Part shown: one piece after another, positions 42,972-57,898 of the stretch
Layout of the letters: every line of letters starts with the position of its first letter
How positions within the stretch are numbered: position 1 is the stretch's first letter
Source of the DNA: the human T2T-CHM13v2.0 reference genome, Homo sapiens
Assembly (NCBI RefSeq): GCF_009914755.1
Contig: NC_060925.1
Length of the DNA: 64,000 nt
Strand: one strand, 5' to 3'
The notes under the pieces: generated by a model
What the model was told of the DNA's origin: nothing
Database searches by the model: none
Seen by the model: only the letters and a program-made list of their open reading frames with translations
Translations under genes and position numbers: made by a program

Positions 42972-44639
42972 TTACAACTGTTCCTTCCATGTGAAGTCTT
43001 TTCCTTTCCAATTCCTTAAGGCAACCACATTTTCAGCAGCATTTTGACATCAGTGAGTTTGTCTCTGGCCTCTGCACCCTCTCTCACTTCCTGGTGTCCA
43101 TCCTCCACTCCTCCATGACCCTCATCTGAGCCAACCTTAGGCTTTTGCTGCAACTTCTCCCCCACGTCTGTCTGCGCTCCTGCTGAGACTCACTCCCCTG
43201 CTCTCTCTGCCCTGCTTGTCAAGCTCCAGGCAGTCCTGCAGATGAGCTGAACATTCTCGAGAAGGAAAGGACTTCTATTGTGTAGAAATGATCAGTCACT
43301 CTGGTTCTTCTTCCAGAAGGGTTTGCATTCTGGGAGGACACTTGTCAGCCAAGAGAAATCTATAACTGGTGAATCTGAAGTCATACAACATGAAAGCAGT
43401 GAAGTGGAGTGGGAGGGAGGGAGGAGAGAAGAGGGAGATTTTTAGGCTGCGAGGTGAGCATTAGGCAGATTGATTCTGCCCAAGAATCTTCCCTGAGATG
43501 CAACCCTCAGAGTTGGGGCTGCTTGCCCAAGCTACAGGTTTTCTAAAAGCTCTAGATTTTCACTGCACTTCCCACTGCTATAGTAGGAACTAGCCTACTG
43601 GGGACTGGGGGACAGGAAAAATGCTAGTAAGATCAGCTAAAATCTACTGAGTACTCCCTGGGTGCCAAGGAGTGCTCTAAGTATTTTAATGCACACTATC
43701 TTTTAAGCTTCACAGCAATCTTATGAAGAAGATCCTGTCAGTCATCTTCCCTTGTATTACAGATGAGGAAACTGAGGCATGGAGAGGCTGGGTAACTAGA
43801 ACCAAGCCCTGTTGCTAAATGTGGCAGAGCCAGGATTTGAAGCATGCCTAGCTGACCCAGCACCTCCATCTTTGACCTTGACTTTCTTCTGCCTATGAAG
43901 GCAGAGAAAGAAAGGGCAGCTTACAGGCACATAGCTTCGTAGCCTGGTAGCTTTGCATCTGTATCTTCCAGTTAAGGGGATCTGAGTTGAGCTAAGGAAG
44001 TGAGGATGAGGAAGAAGAACTCGGTGAAGACAAAAGCCAGAAGGGATGCAGCTGGCAGAAGGGAGCAGGCTCAGGTGTTAAGCTAGCAAGAGGGGCAAAA
44101 AGGGCTGGTCAGGGAGTGGCTGAGAAGACATTTCTACAGGAGAAAGACCAAGGATTCTACATGGACAGAGGCTGGAAGAAGATGAAGTGGGGAAAGACTT
44201 TGCATATGGATGGGATAAAGGTGATGACTTTATCTAAGAACAAGAATGAGGTAGCAGCCAAAACATGGCGATGTGAGGGAAGAAGGGAGAATGGAGAGGT
44301 GGATAGGGCTGACTGCCACATACTTCTCTAGAAAGGTGAGTTTTCTGCAAAAAGGAGAATTGGATGGTCATAGAAGCTGAGCAGGCAAAAGATTCTCTGG
44401 TTATGATTATCTGAGAAATCATTCTTAAAATATAATGCTGCGGGCCATGCACTGTGAGCCTGGCTCTGTATGAGGTATTTTACGTGCATCATTCTAATTC
44501 TCTCAACCCTTCAAGTTAGATAGTGATGCTTCCATTTTACCAAAGGAGGAAATTAAGCCCAGAATGGTTAAGTGATCTGCCCCAGATCATACCATTAGTA
44601 AATTACAGAGAGGGAATGTAAAACCAAGATGAGCTTGCT

Positions 44640-45120
44640 GCATTACTTAAGCACAGGCTAAGCTGCTGTGACACAGACATCCAAAGACCAGTGAGTTAGA
44701 TAAGATGGAAGCTTATTTCTCTTTCATGTAATAGACTGGAGATCAGAGGCCCATGAAAGTGGAGTGGCTCTGCTCCACAATGTCACGTCATTTCAGACAT
44801 CTGACTTTCTTCTGTTGTATGGCTTTGTGACATCTTAAGGTATTGTCCTCATCTGCACAGGTGAAGCTGGGTCCTTAGAATACCGGTGTCCTTGTGGGAA
44901 AAACTCCAAGCAAATGGCCTTATTGTGAATAATATGAGCTTTAATGAGATTGCTGTTGCTCCCATTGGATTGTCTGAGCTTGGTCATCATCTCACATCTG
45001 GCTGCAAGGGTGACCAGAGAACCTGCAGTCAGGTGGCTGTGTGCCCCAATGACACCAGGGCTCACATAGTAAAGGAAGAAGACTGTCAAAGCTTTTGATA
45101 TTTTGGCCACATAATGTTGT
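44640..45120. mobile_element. Old MLT1 (MaLR) LTR
   Basis: ggctaagctgctgtgaca...agtgagttagataagatggaagcttatttctc pattern. Confidence 0.55.
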
Positions 45121-45124
45121 CTCT

Positions 45125-45748
45125 GGTTTTGCAGATGAGGTGCTGTGCTGGACAACGCTGCCTTTGGGCTTCGGCTTGGACCGTGGGGAGGCAGAGCAAT
45201 GATGTTGTTAGGATTAAATGACAACCAGCCTTCTGTTATTTCTGGAAGGTATTTTTCCATGACTCAAAGAGTGGGAGGAGGGGAAAAGTTCCTTGCTGTT
45301 GAGATATTTGCCTCTTGGAGAAGGTTCAGAAGAGCTACCTTGGTAGTCAGAGGAAGGCTCACATTTTCTAAATATTCACATAACTCAGAATCAACATGGA
45401 AAAAATTTAAGTATGCAAAGCACAAGGAAGAGAATCAAAACTACCTGCTGTTTCTCCACCCAGAGAGACCCCTGATTAGTGACCTTTCTCCTAAACAGAC
45501 AGGCGCGTATACCTTTTATTTTTTTGCAACATTTGAATGATGTGAACATACAATTTTGTGTCTTGCTCTTTTTCCTGTCTGGGACCATGAGCAGCTGCCT
45601 GTGGCTATGGGGAGAAGAAAAGCTTACTTTCCTCTAATGCTCTGTGTGGCAGCTGTGCACTGACTACTGGCTGTATTATGAACAGATGAATAGGTGTACA
45701 GCACCGGGGGCTCCACCCAGGGCCCTGGGGTGGCCCCACACGGGAGGC
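45125..45748 (-). pseudogene. Two exon remnants (45748-45628, 45366-~45125)
   Basis: First has cag acceptor, gtaagc donor and an open frame. Second is ~80 codons with one stop and three N-glycan sequons (NVS, NIS, NFS). Confidence 0.4.
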
Positions 45749-47029
45749 CTGAGCAGGCAGAGGTCGGGTGGAGAGTGATGGGCCGATGGGGGCTCTCCAA
45801 GGTCCTCTTCTTCCCCAGGGCCTCCCACACTGTGCAGCTCCAGCTCCTTAGAACTGTCACTGCCAACATGTTATTTTCCCATCTCTCTAGATCCTAAGAA
45901 CCACTGCCTGTTTAAGCCAGCAAAGGAGATGTCTTCTGCAATGCCAGGGCTGGGAAGGGGTGGGACTGAAGATTGCCTGATCTGATTCTTACTCCCCAGC
46001 CGGTGAAGCCACAGCGGGTCTGCCGTGGGCTCAGATGAAGTGTAATTGGCAGATGGTCTCTCCGCATTCATGCTCTCCCCACCTGGGACTAGGAATAAGA
46101 AAGGCCCACAGACTGCCCCACCTCGGAGCTGAGGCAGCCTCCATCCCATCGGGTCACCCCTGGTTTCTGCAGTCTCCTCCTGCCACCCGTGCAGTCAAGA
46201 GGTGCAGAGACCCCAGGCGTGGCGAGCCTGTCTTCATTCTCAGGTAGACAGGTGGCACATTTGTTTCTCTCCAGAGCCTCAGAACATCTCACAGAGGCAT
46301 GGCATCAACTCTGTCTTAAAACTTCCCGGACAAGGGGATCAGCCTGTCTTCTAGGGGGAAGCCAGGTTGTCCTCACAGGTGAAAGTCCTTGTCCTTGGGC
46401 TGCTGACGAGCAAAGGGTGGGAGGAAGCTTTTTCCCCAGCTTCAGGCTTAGCGATGTGCTCAGCCTCCTCTTTGGTCTTTGTGTACCTTTGGCGTAGATT
46501 TTGGAACTTCCAGAGAAGGCAGGAGTGAGCTGTGGGGGAAGGAACGACGTTTCCTTAAGGAATTGTTGCCAGCACTTGGGTCATGAAGCCCTTCTCTGTG
46601 TCTCCTCCGACTGGAATACTCATCACGTCCTCTTAGCTGATAACAATAGCTGACTTTAATAAGTGTAGTGCTTCCTATATATGTGTATGTGTGTATATAT
46701 ATTACTTTTAAAAATGATTTGTTGTATATTTCATAAATGAAGTAAAAATTCATAACAATCCTGAAATAAAGGTCAGTTGGATACATCAAATGAAGTTATC
46801 GTTTGACATATATGTAAATTAATAGAGCTAAAGAAAAGAATGGCAGGCATGGACCTCTTCAATAACTGCAGGAATCATTCAGCACCATGCCAGAATATTG
46901 AATCAAAAGCTTTCAGTCCTGAAGTTTGTTATATGAGCTAGAACGTTATCATGATGATCATTTTGAGGCTTGCACAAGGAGAACACTGGTGTGCTGTGGT
47001 CGTGTTATCAACAGGAAAAAAATCACTTT

Positions 47030-47335
<306 letters not shown>

Positions 47336-47864
47336 CCAAGTTGTTTAATCAATTTTAGCTCAGGGGCAGACAAATATTTACTTTCCTACTCAAAATGCAT
47401 GATAAGGTAAATTGAGTTCATAAATATTAGTGACGGGGTAATAAAGAGTTTACCAGATGCTCAACTCAGACCATAGAGGGGTCTTCCATATGTAGTGCAA
47501 GTGCCAAGAAAGGCAAATGGGGAAAGTTTACAATATCATAATACATTAAACTATTATATATGTATATGCTTGCTATGTATATTATGTATGTAGTAATATA
47601 GTGCTTGCTATATGATTACTATACTCTTATATATCTGCATACTGTGTATATGCTTACTATATATTACATATCTATGGTAAGCACTATGGTAGTTATGTAG
47701 TAAGCACTATAATAATGTGTATATGTATGATAAACACTATATATATATATGGCACTATTCTAAGCACTTTGCAGCTATTCATCTATTCAGTTATCAATCT
47801 TCACAACAAACTATGAGTGGGCTCCATTATGATTCCATTTTAAGATGAGGAAATGGAGGCCCTG

Positions 47865-48340
47865 TGCCAGCTAGTTATATTTGCTCCCACAGATCCATTT
47901 GCCCCCCCCTCCTCTGGCATGCTCTCCACCCCAGGAGCCAGGTCTAGCTAGACCACACAGACAAGCTTCTGTGTTCTGTGCTTTTAGTTGGGTTTAGCCA
48001 GTAAGGAGCCTCATCAGGAGAATGGAGGGAGAGAAGGGAGAGTGAGGACGTGCACCCGTTACCCTGGTTTCCTCCCTACAAGATGACGGTGACTGTCTGG
48101 GTTCCCCCACCTGAGGACACAGCTGCTTTCAGAACAAGGCTCTGCAGCCTCTCTCTCCCCTTGTTCCTTCTGGCCCAGTGCTGGGGACAGCTCTAACACT
48201 GCTGGTCCTGTGTCCCTGCACTGGCGCCTGTGTTTTCCCCATGCTCCACCCACATCTTTGAAATGATCATTTATAAATACCCCTTCCAACGACCCTAATT
48301 TGGTGTTCCATCTGTTTCCTACTGAAACTCTGGCTGATGT
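47865..48340. mobile_element. LTR16-like ERVL LTR inserted into a MIR
   Basis: gttgggtttagccagtaaggagcc...ccatctgtttcctactgaaactctggctgat pattern; MIR halves on both sides. Confidence 0.6.
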
Positions 48341-48924
48341 GGCCCCTATGGGATTTAACTCTTTTGCACAAGATCATCCAGCCAGGAAGGGACAGAGCTG
48401 GGGTGTGAACCCAGGCAGTCTGTCCTGGTGTCTGTGCTTCTAACCACCACCTAAACCTCTCCATGGAAAGAGCACTGGTCAGTAACCCAGAGTGCTGGTT
48501 TGTGCTCCTCTGCCAACTGGCCATGCAGCTTTGAGCAAATAATGAGATCTCAGCTTCTGTTTCTCAGGCATACAGTGAGGTGGTTGCAGTTCCTTTTTGT
48601 TCTAACACATGGCTTCCCAAATTCCCACTGTAAGTCAGTCTCTTGCAGTCCTGCATTTCCTAGGGCCTTTCTTTGCTATTAGTTGTCGCTGTGAAAGCAC
48701 AAGTTACATTCAACTCCCCAAAACAACTGAGGACACAATTTGCAGGGGCAGTGTTGTACTAAATAAAGCTGTGCTCCATTGTGAAGGTGTTCCGCCTCAG
48801 GAAACCGCTCTTTTCTCATTCTAGTTCAAATGTGCGTCCCAATTTGCTTGTCTTATTTATTTATGTTCCTTCCCTCTGAACTCCATTTAATTAAATAACC
48901 AGAAAAAAAAATGTGTATTCACTG

Positions 48925-49117
48925 TGAGTTGCCATCTTCATTCAGAAAAATGCTGAGCACACCAAAAGCCAGCAAAGTTCTTGTTTTTGCAATTCAGTGA
49001 AGCCTGCTTTCTTTTTCATAAGCACCAAATGACTGCATGCATGCCAACCACGGAAATTAGGATTTGGTTTTGGTTGGAAAAAACGATCACTGACCTGAAT
49101 CAAATGTCAGTTTTACT
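48925..49117 (-). pseudogene. Possible FN3 exon remnant
   Basis: Acceptor ttcttgcacctag; reads KKAGFTELQKQELCWLLVCS. Confidence 0.3.
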
Positions 49118-50470
49118 CTAGGTGCAAGAATTTTGTGATTGAAGAATGCTGTTTAGGGATAGGTTCTGCCCATCAGTTTCCCAGGGAGCTGGGCACAGTG
49201 GGTTGGAGCAAATAGAGTGAGGGAAGCTTGAATGGGACTAAAGGGGACACAGTGTTGGGACACACCACATGGGAGACAGGGAACACAGCTTGGAGAGATC
49301 TTGTGGACGCAACCACCACAAAAGAGGATAACTCACAAGCAATCCTGCTGCCGCCACCCCCAGCCTAACACCAAGGCAGGGGAAGGCTGAGAGACACAAG
49401 ATTGATAGCATGTATTTAATGTGAAAAATGTTGGAGGGTCTTAGTGGACCACAAGTTCACAGAGTTGGTGATCCTTCAAGACAAAGAGGTCAAGGTCCAA
49501 AAACTTAAAGTTTTCGTCCAAAGTTATAAGGCTTGGGCAAAACCAAGACTCAAACTCAGACTTTCTTAAAGTCCATGCTCATTCCTTTATACTGTAGGTT
49601 CCCAGACCTGGAGAATCGAAAATACGTGTAGATTCCCAGGCCCCATTCCTGACCTCCTGAATCAGAAAATTCACAAGGGTAGCTTAGGAATCAATATTTT
49701 TGCTTTGGAACGCATCAAAAGGATACAATGTTGGGATTAGCACCTAAATAATCAGGGGACAGGCAGAGTATATGGGACCCCAGTAGAAACTAGAGTGGCC
49801 ATTAGTTGATAACGGCCAAAACTGAGTGATGAGCAAATCGGGTTAATTTTACTATTTTCTCTGCGTACTAAGCATTGCGGGAGGGACTGAGTAAAGTGTC
49901 TCTAAAAGGGACATAAGTATTGTCTTTTTCCCAAACAGTCAGCAGAGCTGTTGCCATCAAGCATTATGAAATGTGGGAAGCAAAGGGCTGGAAGAATCTC
50001 GAAAAGTCGAATCTCCCCACTGCATGCTGGCATCATCACCATAACCACTCTCATCGAGAGGATCATCTGTTGGGGGCAGGATTTGCTCTTTTCCTGGGCT
50101 TACTAAATAACCAGCAGAGGGAAACACACAAGAAAGTTTGGCACATTGGATGTTTCCTCAGGCTCAGCACAACCAGCTCCACCTGCCCAACATCACACGA
50201 AGAGAGTCAACACTGCAGGACCTGACACAGGCAGGGGCCAGCCACCCTGGTGTTGGCAAGCAGCCCACCCAGGAGACAGAACTCCAGGTCTGCCTGATGG
50301 TTCACATCATGTGCAGGGCCAGCGGGGGGCAGTGGCAGCAGAGCATACAAACACACTGACTTTGGGGAGGTGCAGACTTAGCACCAAGTCTGATTTGGTC
50401 ATTGCTGCGGGCAGGTTGTCAAATCTCTGGGAGCCTCCATTTTCTTACCTGTAAAATGAAAATAATAATA

Positions 50471-50816
50471 CAGTTGAGCATCCCTACTCTAGAAATCCGA
50501 AATCGAAAATGCTCCAAAATCCAAAACTTTTTGAGCATCAACATGACACCACCAGTGGAAAATTCCAACCTGGTTTCATGTGACAGGTTATAGTCACAAC
50601 TATGTTTCATGCACTAAAGTATTTAAAATATTACACAAAATCACTTTTGGGCTATGTGCTGCATATAAGGTGTATATGAAACATAAATGAATTTCATGTT
50701 TGGACTTCAGTCCCATCCCCAAGATATCTCATTATATATACGCAAATATTCCAAAATCTGAAAAAATCCAAAACACTTGTGGACCCAAGCATGTCGGATA
50801 AGGGATATTCCACCTG
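50471..50816 (+). mobile_element. Tigger4b/MER46-type MITE inserted in a MIR
   Basis: CAGTTGAGCATCCCT ... AGGGATATTCCACCTG with TA TSDs. Confidence 0.85.
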
Positions 50817-52510
50817 TAATACTGCTGGTGTCCTGGCTTGGGAGGATTTCTGGAGGTGGTGCACAGGAAGCATTTAGCAGAGGGTCTCATGCATGAGGAA
50901 TGGGAGTTATTCTTCTTATGGAATCTGCTCTCTGGCTCTCGGGCCTCCCTGGAGCAGAGGCTGCCCAGTCTCTGTCTGCAGCCCCATCTTCCACTTCAGT
51001 GTGCTCCAGCTTCAGTGTGCTCCAGCGGACTCTGGGGCCCAGAGCTGCATCTCTTTGCCTGAAGCCTTTCTCTGTAGCCACAGAAGGTCATTCTGCCCTC
51101 AGGCAAGGCAGTCCAGGAGGAGAATTAATGAGAGAAGCAATCTTTGAATCCTGCACGGAAACACTGAAGCTTCTCCCACCCACAAGGTATGTGTGTTCTG
51201 CTGGCTTCCAGCTCCCTGTGGCATTAGGCTCCTGTTACCCACAGCCATGGCTGCTGTGATAACACACCCTGTACCGGCCACATCCCCTTTCCTGTCTCAT
51301 TTCACTACTCCCCTAATGATGTTTTCCTTTACCTCCCAAGGAAGCAACATGTGCTTGTGTCCTTTCCCAGGGATTGCTTCTGGGGGTAACTCAAACTAAG
51401 GCATTGCCCACTACCCGCCACGTTCTCCCGATTTCTTCAGCATCTCAGGCTCCTCACTCAAGCTGACTTCAGATCTCATGTCTCCCTCCTCCTGCCCTTT
51501 TGGTGGTGGCCGCTGTGTGCCATGGCCAGATATCCAGTGGAGGCCCCTCATCACAGCTGTGGCAGATGTGAACTGCGTGTCCCTGCCTTAGGTGCAGCCT
51601 GCGTGGGGTTCCCCACCACGGTCTAAAGCCTCTGAGGTGCTCCCTGCATTCCTGCAGGTAGGCTGAGTTTCTTGAAGAAATGGGGAATGTGCTTCTTTCC
51701 CCCAGCTCCGTCATCTGGATTCTAAAGCAGCCCACTTGGACCCAGCCCAGACCAACCCTACAGTCTCCTGTGGTGCTAGCTGGCTCAATAATGTATCTTT
51801 ATTTGCCCCATCCACCTCCCAAATAAATCACTGTGCTCAAATCTTTGCCTTGGGATCTGCTTTGGGGGCCCCCCAAACTAAGACAGCTAGAGTTTGAAGG
51901 GGTCTTGGTAGCAGAGTTTTGTGGGATTCTGCTCTTGGATCCTTTGCTGCTCAGAGGGCAACAAGGCCCCGGTTTTCGGTGGTAAGTGGGTGGTGATGAC
52001 CCCTTGGCATGCATCGTGACTGTTAAGAATGTCTTCACTTGGTGAATAAGCTACTGCAGCTCCACCCAGTAAGCAGCCGGAATGCCAGGGTGGATGCGGG
52101 TCTTTGGTACACTGCTCTCTGATGCTGCGGCTAGGAATTCCCACCTACCACATTTCTGCCCTGCCAGTGGCTCCCAGTTAGGCTCTGGGGCGGGGGGCAA
52201 CGGGAAGCTGGAGGAAAACTGGAGGCTAGAGAAGAAAGAAGGGACATGCTCCTTCTCATCTCCTCCCTTCCTCTGGTGTCAGGCTCATCCCAGCAATGAT
52301 GCATCACCTTTGCACTCACAACACTTGGTTCCAATAGCAACAATTGGTTCCAGTTAATGGCTTTGCCCAAACCAGCTTCATGGCACCCCTCAGGGATACA
52401 AGCACCAGTTAGCTGGTGCCCTCTACTTAGACAAAACTCTTTCCTGTGTGCCCCCCAGTACTGGGATGAGAGCTGCATCCTGCCGTTACCATCTCTGTGA
52501 TACCTCAGTG

Positions 52511-52622
52511 AGGGTGGCCAGCAGTCCTGCTCTGCCTGAGACTAAAGTTTTTCCCAGAGCACAGTGCTTTAAGTGCTAAAACTAGAACAGTCCTGGGCAA
52601 ACTGGGATGGTTGTTCACCCTA
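52511..52622. mobile_element. hAT MITE (MER81/MER94-like)
   Basis: TIRs agggtggcca / tgttcaccct(a); ~8-bp degenerate TSD cctcagtg/tctcaatg. Confidence 0.65.
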
Positions 52623-53482
52623 TCTCAATGTGCCCATTTAGACCTGTCTGGTTCCTCAATTCTTGGTATTAAATTCTCTCTGTAAAAATAACTAATGTGG
52701 TTTAAAACTCCTGGCTGGGCTGGAGCCTGGTTGATACAGGAAGAAGTGCAGGTGCTAGAGGACGCACCAGCTTGTGCAATAATATCACTAGCATTTGAGA
52801 GCTATGGTGGTGACAGCACATACAAGTGCGGTGGAGATGATTGTTAGGTGCATCAATGCCCTGAAGGGAGAAAATAGGCCAGGCTGAGTCAGCTAACAAC
52901 CAAAGTAAGCACAGAATTAGAAGCCAGAAAATCTCTATGACAGCATGTAACAGCTAGAGCCAGTCCTAATGCACTGCCAAGATAGTGCCTTACAGCTTGC
53001 AAACAATAATGACCTCCTGTTAATGCCAAAACTGCCTTGGCAGCAAAAAGGGTAGAATGTCTAGCAAGGTAGGCATACAAAAATAGATTTATTATGTAAG
53101 ACCAGAGAATCTACCAATTAACAAGGCTCTGTAACTGGATGGCACATCCTGCTGAAAATTAAGCTTATGATCTGATAAAAGAATAGCAAAGTCTGAATTT
53201 GTGGCTCCAGCAAATGTTCTGTGTCAAAGTCAAGGGGCTGATAAGGAGGAAGAGACCTGAGGACCTGAAATGAGGACTTTCAGGTAGATGTGCTTGAGAA
53301 CCTTCAATCCTCAGATTCCCTGGAACTCTCTCGGCTTGCAGAAGTGGCCCACTTCCCTTGTAGAGAGAAAAAGCCTTCCCTTACCCCAAGACCATACAAA
53401 GCCCTCACTTGAGGCAGAGGCTTTCTGAGATGATGAGTACCCTTCTCAAGATTTCCTCCACCAGCCCTCACAGCTTCTAGAC

Positions 53483-53687
53483 CAGGGGTCAGCAGACTTA
53501 TTTTGTAAAGAGACAGCAAAAAATTTAGGCTTTGTGGTCTGTACAGTGTTTGCCATAATGATTCAACTCTTCCATTGTATCACAAAGGCAGCATAGACAA
53601 TATGTAAATGAATGGGTATTTCAATAAAACTTTATTTACAAAAAACACACAATATTTGACACATGGGCCATAGTTTGCCAATCCCTG
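53483..53687. mobile_element. MER58A hAT MITE
   Basis: CAGGGGTCAGCAGACT...AGTTTGCCAATCCCTG. Confidence 0.85.
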
Positions 53688-55170
53688 TTTAGGCCAATAA
53701 TTGGTACATGCCTTGGAATGCCCGATGAGAGAATTACTGTCATCGTTTCAGAAAGGGATGTAACATCTAGCTAATGTGTACCAACATGACCCAGGAAGAC
53801 ATGTTTGGGGCTGAATTTTGAGAATGCTGGACTGAAGGAGAGTTTATGGATATGTGGGCTGTCTCCTGTGGCTCAGGATGTAGTGTCCTGGCAAGAACAC
53901 CTAAGCCAGTCCTGATGCACTGCCAAGATAGTGCCTTACAGCTTGGAAACAATAATGACCTCTTGTTAATGCCAGAACTTTGCAGCAGAAAGGGTAGAGT
54001 GTCTAGCGAGGTAGGCATACAAAAATAGATTTACTATGTAAGACCAGAGAATCTGCCAATTAGCCAGCTCTGGGAGAGCCCAGAGGGTTTGCTCTCCATT
54101 AGCAATATAAGGAATACGTCAGTGAGGTGGCCATCAACATTGTTGAGAAACTTCCGGTGATTGACCTTTCTAGGCTGCTATGGGTCTGGGCTCCCTCTTA
54201 GTGTCATTGGGTATGATGGGATTCAAGAAGGGCACAGCACAGTTGGCAGCACTTACCCATCAAAGGCAAAGTAGACAAATGATTGTAACAGCAGCAAAGT
54301 TAGAAGGACAATCTGGGTTCTTATCTGCAGGAATCAGGGAGTAGTAACTAATAGACTGTGGTGTTCCTAGCAGTGAGACTGGAACATATTGTTTGAACTA
54401 TGTAACTAAAGATCAAAAGCTGATGAGCAGAAGGCTGATGTCAGCTGCTGCAATGAAAAATCTTGATCCCTTGCCCAGTTTCCAGACCTGAGCCACTTAT
54501 CAGACCCAGAGCCTGTATTGAAAGAGAGGCTGGGTACCCCTGAGAAATGACCTTGTATTGCCACATTAAGCATACACAGTAGTGATACCCCCTATCTATT
54601 ACCAAAAAGATCTATGGACATTTCTTCTGAGGACTCAGATCTTTGAAGAGCTGTGGACACAAGATCTGAGCTAAAGCTGACACGATGGGACCAGTGCCAT
54701 AATAACACCCTCTGTTGATATGAGGAAAGTCCTGGCTTCAAATCAGTCTCATAGTGAGGCCAATGGATCTATGCCCTAGCTGCTGTTCATTTTCCTGGTC
54801 TCTGAGTTCATAATCGAAATAGACATACTTAACAGTGGGAGAACCTGTTATAAAATAAGAGCCATGATGCTACGAAATGCCTAGTGGAAGTTCTCAAAAA
54901 TTCCTCACCCCAGCCAAGATAGAAAATCAGAAATACTGCCTCTTTCTGGATTAGAACGCCACCCTCCAAGGCTCAAGGAAGGCAGACTTTATGGTGGTCC
55001 CCATCATATCCCTAAATAATTTACTAGTCCCACCACACAAAAATGAAATGGTGCATTGCAGATGAAGATGGACTACTGACAAATTAACCAAGTGGTAGCC
55101 ACAGTTATGAGTGCTGGAATAGATCAACACGACATCTATCACCAAGTATAATAATCTGCCAGAAGCATTT

Positions 55171-55529
<359 letters not shown>

Positions 55530-56009
55530 CTATTAGGAGAGAGGATCAGAAGCAACTTGCCTTTACTAGGAATAGAAAACAACATACATTCACAGCATTG
55601 GCCTAGAGCTCTGTGAATTTCCTATTGTTTGTCAAAATACAATTCAAAGGACTTTGGTTGTCTAGAAATTCTGCAGAACATTCTGTTAGTCCACCATATT
55701 GAGGACATGATGGTAAGCAAACCCAGTTAACAGGAAATGGTAAGTATTCTGAATACCCTGGTAGGATTTATATGCATCAGAGCGTAGGAGATACACTCTA
55801 AAATCTTCAGGGACCTGCTACTTTGGCAAAGTTTTTAGAGGTCCGATGATTAAGGGCATTTCAGGATAGCCCCTACAAGCTGTAAGACAAAGGCATAACA
55901 CTTTTTAGAACACTTCAGATTTTGAAGATAGCATATACCACACTTAGAAATACTATTCTAACTCATTTACTGGCTTCCAGTTTTGAATGGGACCCAGAGA
56001 ATCTAAAAG

Positions 56010-57200
56010 CTTTCCTTCCTCAGTGAATTGACACCTTTATGTAATGTTACTTTTGATCCCTGGTATTAATTCTTTGTTCCAGAGTCTACTTTGTCTGATA
56101 CTAACAAAGTTACTCCAACATTCTTTTGATTGGTGATTTCATAATATATCATTTTCCATGTTTTTACTTTTAAATTTTTTCTTTATATTAAAAGTATATT
56201 TCTTGTAAACAGCATACAGTTTTTTTTAAAAAAATTCAATATGACAATCTCTGCCTTTTAATTTGGGTGTTTAGACCATTTACATGTGACATACGTATTG
56301 ACATGGTTTGTATCAGTACAAATATTTATAATGGTAGATTTAAATCTACCATTTTGCTAGTTGTTTTCTATTAGACTCACATGTTTCTCGTTGCCTTTTT
56401 CTTCTTTTTTTACCTGCTTTTCAGATTAAGCATTCTATGTTTTCATTTTAGCTCTATACTCAGTTTATTAGTTATACTATTCTTTTTATTTTTAGTTGCT
56501 TTAGAGTTTACTGTGTACATATTTATTTATCACAGTCTAACTTCAAATATTATGCCATTTCATTTGAAGTGCAAGAACTTTACAAAGTATACTGCCATAT
56601 GTTTTCTTATTGTTGTCATAAATCCTAGAGTAGAGTACTTTGTGAGCATTTTTGCTTTAGGCCAGTGATAGGCACACTGATTTGTGATTGTGCCAATTCC
56701 AGCCTGCCACCGGTTATTGTAAATAAAGTTTTATTGGAATATAGCCATTTGTTTGCATGGCTGCCTTCAGGCTACAATGGCAGAGTTGAATGGTTGCAAT
56801 AGAGACCACGGGCCCACAAAGCCTAAGGTATCTACTATGTGGTCCTCTATTGAAAGAAAGTTTATCAATCCCTGCAAATAGTCAAGTATTTTTTAAGGCA
56901 ATTAGTAATAGGCAAAAATGACCTTTATATTCACCATTTCTGAAGTTCGTTTCTTTGTATAAATCTAAGTTTCTGACTGGCATCATACTCCTTCTGTCTG
57001 AAAAACTTCCTTTAATATTTCTTACAGATGAGGGCTGCTAACAATGAGTTCTCTCGGCATTTATTTGCCTGAAAAAAGTCTTTATTTCACCTCCATTTAA
57101 AAATGTATATTTGTTAGGTGTGGAAATCTCTACCAACAGAAAATGTCTATCAGGACTTTAAAAGCCTTCCATTGCCTTCTGGCTTCCACTGTTTCTGGTC
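56010..57200 (-). mobile_element. Old L1M fragment containing a MER58 (~56680-56874)
   Basis: Antisense L1 5'/ORF-junction-like T-rich sequence. Confidence 0.7.
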
Positions 57201-57898
57201 TCTTCCAACCAACTGGCATTTTAGCTGACTTTGCCTTACCTGCTTGTAAGGTGTCTGTGCTGGTCTCCCCTGCTCTGACACTGATGAGCCTGCCCTCATG
57301 CTTCCTGTCTTTGGAGGGGCTTGTCCTTCTTTGGAATTCTAGTTGCTTAGTTGCCCTGTGATGTCAGTCCTCTGATGAGTTCAAGGAACATTATCATTTT
57401 GTATTTCATTTGTCATATTCTTGTTGTTAGGGTAGAGGTGATATACTTTCTAACTCTCTACATAGAAGTGGAAATCAATCTAAGATTTTTAACAAAATGA
57501 TTTAAGGCAGTCTTAAAGAGTTAAAGAGTTTGGTCCCAATACAAACGGAGTTATTTAACTCATTCAAACATTTAAAGTAAGATTTATAAATTTAATATAT
57601 TTTATTTCCTTGTTTAGGTACTTCAATTGCCTGATGGCTAAACCAAACCTTTTCAGATTTCTTAGGTAATTTTCATAAATTTAATGGATTACAATTATAA
57701 ACAGAATGAATCCAGGTCTTTCTAAATGTTCCCATACTGTTTATAAACTTAAATAATTTCAAATTAAAAATCCTGCGTTTAAATCACTTAATTTTAATAT
57801 GAATCACAAAGTTGGTCTATTACTTGCATAGCCCCAAATCTCTTAAGTACTTCAAGAACATAGACACCAAAAATGAATAAAATACTTATGTCAAGAGT

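Noticed and set aside
50994-51025. Tandem 16-bp duplication cttcagtgtgctccag
   Set aside because: Ordinary slippage duplication.
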